Virus record (IMG/VR): IMGVR_UViG_3300009027_000001
Location: 1-63,877 of that record
Source: a virus
Lineage: Duplodnaviria > Caudoviricetes
DNA length: 63,877 bases
Strand: one strand, 5' to 3'
The notes below the pieces were generated by a model that was given only the letters and a program-made list of their open reading frames with translations, had not been told where the DNA came from and made no database searches. A program made the translations under genes and the position numbers. Shown in pieces: positions 58,504-63,877 of the stretch (position 1 is its first letter; each line of letters starts with the position of its first letter).

Positions 58504-58710
58504 ATGAGGCGCACCCATAAATACGCTGACGGCGGCAAGATCGTCAAAAGTGAGACTGACGCCGATAACCCGAGGAACATGACTCGGGAGCAGAAGATGG
58601 AGTGGATTAAGAAGCAGCCCCCTCCAAGGTTTATGTGCCCTCCGAAGAAGGACAAGACTGGTAAGATGGTTGCTAACTGCGGAAAGAGAGGTAAAGGTAA
58701 TGCGACGTAA
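58504..58710 (+). CDS. Small basic protein (YADGG motif)
   Basis: GGAGG RBS. Confidence 0.6.
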   Translation: MRRTHKYADGGKIVKSETDADNPRNMTREQKMEWIKKQPPPRFMCPPKKDKTGKMVANCGKRGKGNAT

Positions 58711-58897
58711 ACACACATATGCCAACGCCAGTCAGGTGAAGTGCTACTCAGACGGTGGCCCGGTGAAGAAGGCCAAGAAGAAAAAGGCCAAGAAGAAGGC
58801 CGCTACCCCAGAGATGCTTGGTACTGGTATGGCTGCCAAAGCAGGTAAATCTATACGCGACACCCGCAAGAAACAGATGAAAGACCTCGGTCTTTGA
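58700..58897 (+). CDS. Small Lys-rich protein (YSDGG motif, KKAKKKKAKKK)
   Basis: GAGG/AAGG upstream; N-terminus resembles that of the previous ORF. Confidence 0.6.
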   Translation: MRRKHTYANASQVKCYSDGGPVKKAKKKKAKKKAATPEMLGTGMAAKAGKSIRDTRKKQMKDLGL

Positions 58898-58929
58898 ACA
58901 CGACTACTCGGAAAAGTGAGAATTAGGCG

Positions 58930-61344
58930 ATGACTACTTATATTACTGTTGACTATGACGGTCAATCCGGCGGCGAATTTGTAGAGGAGGGGGCGCTTGT
59001 TACGTGGACGGTACCCAGTTCCTCGTCTGGATTTATCGTCACCGACATACCGGATGGTGCAGCTGGTTCACTCCGTATGGCGCTGGTCAGCGGTGTACTA
59101 CCTTCCAACAATGCTACCCTCACGCAGGGCGGCGTAACTGCACTCGCCAATAACGAGAACGGTGCCAAGATCGAGAATATGCTGTATCCGGCGTATGCTC
59201 GTGAGGACTTGGCTGTCGCCGCCTCCGGCGCGATTACGTGGACCGGCCCGGCGCTCGGTACCACCCACAGTTTCTTCTTCGACGGCCAGACGACCAACGT
59301 GGTCGCTAACGAGATTCTTACCTTCTCCGGCGGTCAGACTGCGGAGGTCATAACCGTTGAATCTGATGCTGGTGCTACGGGTGAGCTGTCAGTCCGGATC
59401 ATCGGTGACATTGATATTGACGGCCTCCCGGCAGACAACGAGACGTTCACTGGCGACATCGCTGGTGACGGTACGGTTAATGGTGCCTTCCACCCTCGAG
59501 GCTATACTCCTGAAGAAGTCCACAGGCTTCTCTCGGACCTCAACGACGACGAGACGATCTTCGGTGACGACGACCTCTCGATCATCGACCCGACCGCTTC
59601 TGAACGTCAGACCGGCGTGCAGGTCAAACTGCTCGGTACCATAAATATTAACGACACCGTCGCCCAGCACATGTATGGCGGTTCTATCGAGCAGGGCAGC
59701 GGCAATACGCAGGAGGTCTATTCGGGCCTCGGCGTCAACGTAACGTCACCTCTGACCACCTCGGTGCCGGTCCTCATCCAAGAAGACACGATCATCACCG
59801 AGTACTGGGATAATGCCTACTTCCCGAACTCTGTAGCCGGTAAAGTACGTATTCTCGTCAAGACCATCGAGAACGGCGTCAGGATCGACGGCCAGCGAGT
59901 ACGTGGTGCGCTCCTCGAGTTCGGAGAGACGTACTTCTTCGCAGGCACGACCATCGGCTTCGGTGAGGTGTCACTGGCCCTCGTATCCGCCGCAGACGGT
60001 AACAACAATACCGCTGTCGGTACGGTTGCAGGTGCTCCGTACAGCACCATCGTTTTGACTGAGGGCTACCACACCCTCGACTTCAACGAAGGCTCAGGAG
60101 CCACACCATTCGGTCTGGACATCGACTTCGGTTCGGCCAACAGTCTTCAGACTTACGAACGCACGAAGTACATCCAGCGGCGCGGAACAGCGGAAACTTT
60201 GTTCGGACGCAACGCCCAGCTGTTCACCGGCATCAACACGAACTTCGCCTACAATGGTGAGGTCGGCGCGATCGCCGAGGATGACATCCTTCAGTGGGGT
60301 ACAGAGATTCCCTACACGGGCGGTTCCGGTACGATTGTTGCTGTTGGCGAGGTTGTCGAGGGTGGTACCTCCGGCTCTCGCGGTCGGGTCATCTTTGTTG
60401 ACGACACAGCTGGCTCCGGCACAATTGTCGTGGCTGACCCCACCGGCAACTTCAATAACACTGAGTCCCTGACCACCCTGCGCGGCGCGTCGGAGTGGAC
60501 GGCCACCTCTGGTACGGTTGTGAACAACACGGCCTCTGGTCAGCTGCTCCTCGTTGCCAAGAATGACGCTGGCGCTACGGGTAACGTCTACGGTCAGCTG
60601 CTCACGGGTACGATCCCGGCCAATGGTCAGACCCTATTCGGCGCTACAGACGGTGACACGCTGGACGTCAACGGTGCAGTCAGCACCCGCACGGTTAACA
60701 GCCAGTTCGTCGGCTCCTACACCGGCTCGAACTACAACCCGATGAACTTCGGTATTGCGATTGCCGTCTCTGACGCCATCGCTGGTGACTCGTTCACCAA
60801 CCTGCTCGAAGCTACCATCGCCCCGCCGGACAACCGCTCCGGCTCGGTCACGAACCTCTCGGTTGGCGACTACGTTACGGTCTACCCGTGGGATGGTGCT
60901 GCGACAGACGTTAACGGCGATGCCGAGCCTGACTTCAACGAGATGGTGGCTACGACCACGATCACGGGCGGCGTCAGTACCTCGGTGGTTGTCGGTGCAG
61001 CTAACATCCCTGCCAACACCCCGGCAGCGGGTTACATCCGCGTCGAGCGTGATTCGGACGGTAACTACGACCTACTTGAATACAGCTCGTGGACAAACAC
61101 GACTGGTACGTTCACTCTAGTCGGTACGGCTACGAACACCTGTACGACACCGTTCAACGTGTTCAGAGCATTTATCGACCAGCTGGCAACGGCGACTTCA
61201 CACTCTTACACGGCTACCTACACCACTCCGAACGATGTGGCGGTGACGGTACGGCGCGGCGGAGTAACCCCAATCAAGACATTTAAGACGACGGCGGAGT
61301 TTGGAGCATTTAGCATCTCAACGATTCGTACGCCTGACTCATAA
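58930..61344 (+). CDS. Large beta-rich virion appendage protein
   Basis: 804 aa, Gly/Thr-rich repeated modules, no signal peptide. Confidence 0.65.
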   Translation: MTTYITVDYDGQSGGEFVEEGALVTWTVPSSSSGFIVTDIPDGAAGSLRMALVSGVLPSNNATLTQGGVTALANNENGAKIENMLYPAYAREDLAVAASGAITWTGPALGTTHSFFFDGQTTNVVANEILTFSGGQTAEVITVESDAGATGELSVRIIGDIDIDGLPADNETFTGDIAGDGTVNGAFHPRGYTPEEVHRLLSDLNDDETIFGDDDLSIIDPTASERQTGVQVKLLGTININDTVAQHMYGGSIEQGSGNTQEVYSGLGVNVTSPLTTSVPVLIQEDTIITEYWDNAYFPNSVAGKVRILVKTIENGVRIDGQRVRGALLEFGETYFFAGTTIGFGEVSLALVSAADGNNNTAVGTVAGAPYSTIVLTEGYHTLDFNEGSGATPFGLDIDFGSANSLQTYERTKYIQRRGTAETLFGRNAQLFTGINTNFAYNGEVGAIAEDDILQWGTEIPYTGGSGTIVAVGEVVEGGTSGSRGRVIFVDDTAGSGTIVVADPTGNFNNTESLTTLRGASEWTATSGTVVNNTASGQLLLVAKNDAGATGNVYGQLLTGTIPANGQTLFGATDGDTLDVNGAVSTRTVNSQFVGSYTGSNYNPMNFGIAIAVSDAIAGDSFTNLLEATIAPPDNRSGSVTNLSVGDYVTVYPWDGAATDVNGDAEPDFNEMVATTTITGGVSTSVVVGAANIPANTPAAGYIRVERDSDGNYDLLEYSSWTNTTGTFTLVGTATNTCTTPFNVFRAFIDQLATATSHSYTATYTTPNDVAVTVRRGGVTPIKTFKTTAEFGAFSISTIRTPDS

Positions 61345-61359
61345 GCATGAGGAGACGGA

Positions 61360-63702
61360 ATGGCTACTGTTTCCGTTTCATTTAACGGTACGAGAGTAAA
61401 CGACTCCGACGCAGCTACTAATACAAGTAACTGGGGATCGACTGGTCCTGCACCAGCGTCAGAGTTCCCTCTTGCGTATCAGGTAACATCTGGTACTACC
61501 ACGGGTGCAGTAAATAAGAAAATCAACTCAACGTCGTTGGGTGGTCTTCAGTTTGACCCCGCCACTGGTAGCCCTGTTGATATGACTGCCGCAGCCAACC
61601 GGCTGTGGTTTGTCAAGACGTATGTATCTGACTCCTTCGATCTGAACACGACTGAAGGTGTGCGTGTTGCGCTTGGTGATTCAAACAGCACCTACTACTA
61701 TTACAACGTCGCAGGCTCCGGTGCGAACAACACCCGCTTTAGTGCATATCCAGCGCAAGGCGGCTACCTGATCTTTGGCCTTGACCCCAACATAGCTCAG
61801 TGGCGGGAAGGTACTACGGGAAGTCCGTCTTTGACCGCTGTTGACTGGTTCGGTGTTCAGTGTGCCTTCGTAAACGGTACTGCTAAGGCTGAGAACTTGG
61901 CCCTCGACGCAATCGACATCGGAACGGGGCTTGTTCTGACCGGCGGGGACGGTGTTGACACTGACGGTGATTTCACGAGTTTTGTTTCGACCGATCAGGA
62001 TACCAAGACGAATCGTTGGGGAGTTGTAACTGGTAGCGGCAACGCCGTTAAAGTGAATGGCCTGCTTGAGATTGGCCGAAATACTGGCGGTACGGCTGTT
62101 GCAACAGGTTTTACTGATACTACGTCTATTGTCACGTTCCCCGATGGCTACCATAGCCGAGGGCTTGTCGGCGTAGATGTTGACCTCGGTAGCGCCAGTA
62201 CAACTGTTACGATTGACTCCCTGATGATCGGTGAAGGCTCTCTTAACGGCGCTGATGCCGACGACACTCGACCAGACTTTACTGTGAATGGGACGTCTGG
62301 GTCGCTGGCAGTCGGCGCTCAGATGCGTAATTTCCGCGATGTCACTTTTACTTCTGTATGTGCCGTAGATGGCGCAGATATTGAGTGTGTGCTTCTGACA
62401 CAGGCCAGCGCAGACATCGAGAACTGCGTCATCCGCACCAACCAAGTAACGCAGGTTGCTACACTGCAAGACCCGACTTTTGGTACGTCTACGGACCTGA
62501 ACAACACGGAGTTTGTGCAGTCAGGTGTGGGACACGCCATTGAGATTGACACAGTTGGTACATACAATCTTCAGGACATCACCTTCACCGGCTACGGCGG
62601 TACGCCCGGTACGAACAGTACTCCCAGCTCGGGAGCAAACGACGCTGCCATCTATAACAGCTCCGGCGGTGCGGTCACGATCAACGTCAACGGTGCGGGC
62701 AACCAGCCCAGTGTCAGGAACGCGGCTGGCTCGACGACCACGGTCAATCAGACGGTGACGGTTACGATCAAGGCGGTTGATACGGCTGGTGATCCGATTC
62801 AGCACGCCAAAGTCTTCTTGGAGACTGGGCCGGGAGGTACCGCGAGTATTTCTAATGTCGGTGCTACCAGTGTAGATGCGGGTGCGTCTGCAACAGGTGT
62901 CACCTTGTCTGAACCTGCTGGTACGCAGGAGGATGACCTGATCCTCGTGATCGTCAAGAACGATGCGACTACCTCAAACTGGACCCCCCCTGCCGACTTC
63001 ACACAGATTGACCAAGCCACAGGTACGTCTAACCAGCGTTTCTGGATAGGATACAAGGTACGTGGAGCCACAACCGGCAGTGGCTATTCCTTCACCCATG
63101 ATTTCGGTGCAGGCACTCATACGGCTGGGCAGTTGGTTGTCTACCGCGACGAGAACACAAGTACCCCGCTGGATGTTTCATACGTGCAGGCCAACCACAA
63201 GACAGACAGCGTAGATGACCTGAGTTACGCCCCCAGCGCCATTACAACTACGACAAACAATGCGTGGGTCGTCATTATGAGTGGCTGGTCAGGCGGTCCC
63301 GGCACGGTGAGCTGGGCAGGTATTTCTGGATACACGACTGATGCTACCCTTGAGGGTGGTAGTGGACGTAACCTGAATACTATATCCAAGCTGGTTGCAA
63401 CAGCTGGTACAGAAACACCGGGATCGTTCGGTACGACTGGTGACGCGGGCGAGGATGGTACGAGTTTCACTCTCGCTATCCGGCCCGGTACGACCTCTAC
63501 AGGTGGCGATGACTTGATTTCCTACGCCCTCACGGACTCTCTTGGCGAAACCAGTGTCAGTTACGGTGGCAGCACCCCGCAGGCTGTGAGAGGCTATGTT
63601 CGGAAAGGTTCTGTCTCTCCGGTCTATAAAGCCAGCCCGATTAACGCTACTATTGGTACCAATGGTTTGACCCAGACAGTTACGCTGGTAAGTGATGAAT
63701 AA
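61360..63702 (+). CDS. Large beta-rich virion appendage protein with a beta-helix-like region
   Basis: 780 aa; GAGGAG RBS; GHAIEI...GTY.L..ITF.GY, AIYN.SGG.VTINV. Confidence 0.65.
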   Translation: MATVSVSFNGTRVNDSDAATNTSNWGSTGPAPASEFPLAYQVTSGTTTGAVNKKINSTSLGGLQFDPATGSPVDMTAAANRLWFVKTYVSDSFDLNTTEGVRVALGDSNSTYYYYNVAGSGANNTRFSAYPAQGGYLIFGLDPNIAQWREGTTGSPSLTAVDWFGVQCAFVNGTAKAENLALDAIDIGTGLVLTGGDGVDTDGDFTSFVSTDQDTKTNRWGVVTGSGNAVKVNGLLEIGRNTGGTAVATGFTDTTSIVTFPDGYHSRGLVGVDVDLGSASTTVTIDSLMIGEGSLNGADADDTRPDFTVNGTSGSLAVGAQMRNFRDVTFTSVCAVDGADIECVLLTQASADIENCVIRTNQVTQVATLQDPTFGTSTDLNNTEFVQSGVGHAIEIDTVGTYNLQDITFTGYGGTPGTNSTPSSGANDAAIYNSSGGAVTINVNGAGNQPSVRNAAGSTTTVNQTVTVTIKAVDTAGDPIQHAKVFLETGPGGTASISNVGATSVDAGASATGVTLSEPAGTQEDDLILVIVKNDATTSNWTPPADFTQIDQATGTSNQRFWIGYKVRGATTGSGYSFTHDFGAGTHTAGQLVVYRDENTSTPLDVSYVQANHKTDSVDDLSYAPSAITTTTNNAWVVIMSGWSGGPGTVSWAGISGYTTDATLEGGSGRNLNTISKLVATAGTETPGSFGTTGDAGEDGTSFTLAIRPGTTSTGGDDLISYALTDSLGETSVSYGGSTPQAVRGYVRKGSVSPVYKASPINATIGTNGLTQTVTLVSDE

Positions 63703-63754
63703 TGGCAGTTTCAGTCGATTGGATCACAGGAGTCATCACAGTCCCAAGGGCTGA

Positions 63755-63877
63755 TATGGCTCTCATTCAGGCTTCGCCGGAGGTGCGAGAGCTTGACACG
63801 ACTGCGTTCTTTGACGAGCTGAAGCTGCTTGAGGCGTCGGAGGCAGGTATGCCGTGGCCGGACACTCAGCGGCACAA
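63755..63877. repeat. 123-bp direct repeat identical to bases 1-123 (assembly overlap of a circular or permuted genome)
   Basis: tatggctctc...cagcggcacaa is identical at both ends and lies inside a gene that reads in frame across the junction. Confidence 0.95.

Noticed and set aside
63755-63877. Biological terminal repeat
   Set aside because: It falls in the middle of a gene; more simply an assembler overlap
1-63877. tRNA genes, integrase/att site, introns or inteins, alternative genetic code
   Set aside because: None recognised by eye; core genes are uninterrupted and all three stop codons are used. tRNAscan and Infernal would be needed to exclude RNAs

Overview
The window looks like a complete, circularly permuted genome of a tailed dsDNA phage. 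Bases 63755-63877 repeat bases 1-123 exactly, giving a unit length of about 63,754 bp. The morphotype is probably podovirus-like (portal, scaffold, P22-type coat, adaptors, nozzle, fibres and ejection proteins; no tape measure or tail tube recognised), and the host is probably Gram-negative. A rightward arm (~52.8 kb through the junction to 32.0 kb) carries packaging, head, appendage, tail, lysis and ejection genes plus a T5-A1-like metallophosphoesterase. A leftward arm (52.55 kb down to 32.0 kb) carries small early genes, a MoxR-AAA/vWA module, family A DNA polymerase, PD-(D/E)XK and VRR-NUC nucleases, a SNF2 helicase and a primase-helicase. I recognised no integrase, tRNA, CRISPR array or reverse transcriptase. 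Most notable: (1) eight copies of the palindrome ACACACA[G/C]TGTGTGT, found only in the early region, plus an unannotated 56-aa ribbon-helix-helix protein that could bind them; (2) a secreted collagen plus YadA-type beta-barrel protein with a ~109-aa extension beyond the barrel, next to a membrane-anchored coiled-coil gene in a lysis cassette with no recognisable spanin; (3) a shared [M/Y/A]-x-x-G-G motif in ejection proteins, small basic proteins and the portal C-terminus; (4) an antisense TerS-like gene between terL and portal; (5) a duplicated adaptor closing an extra appendage module. All product calls come from motif recognition by eye, not from database searches.
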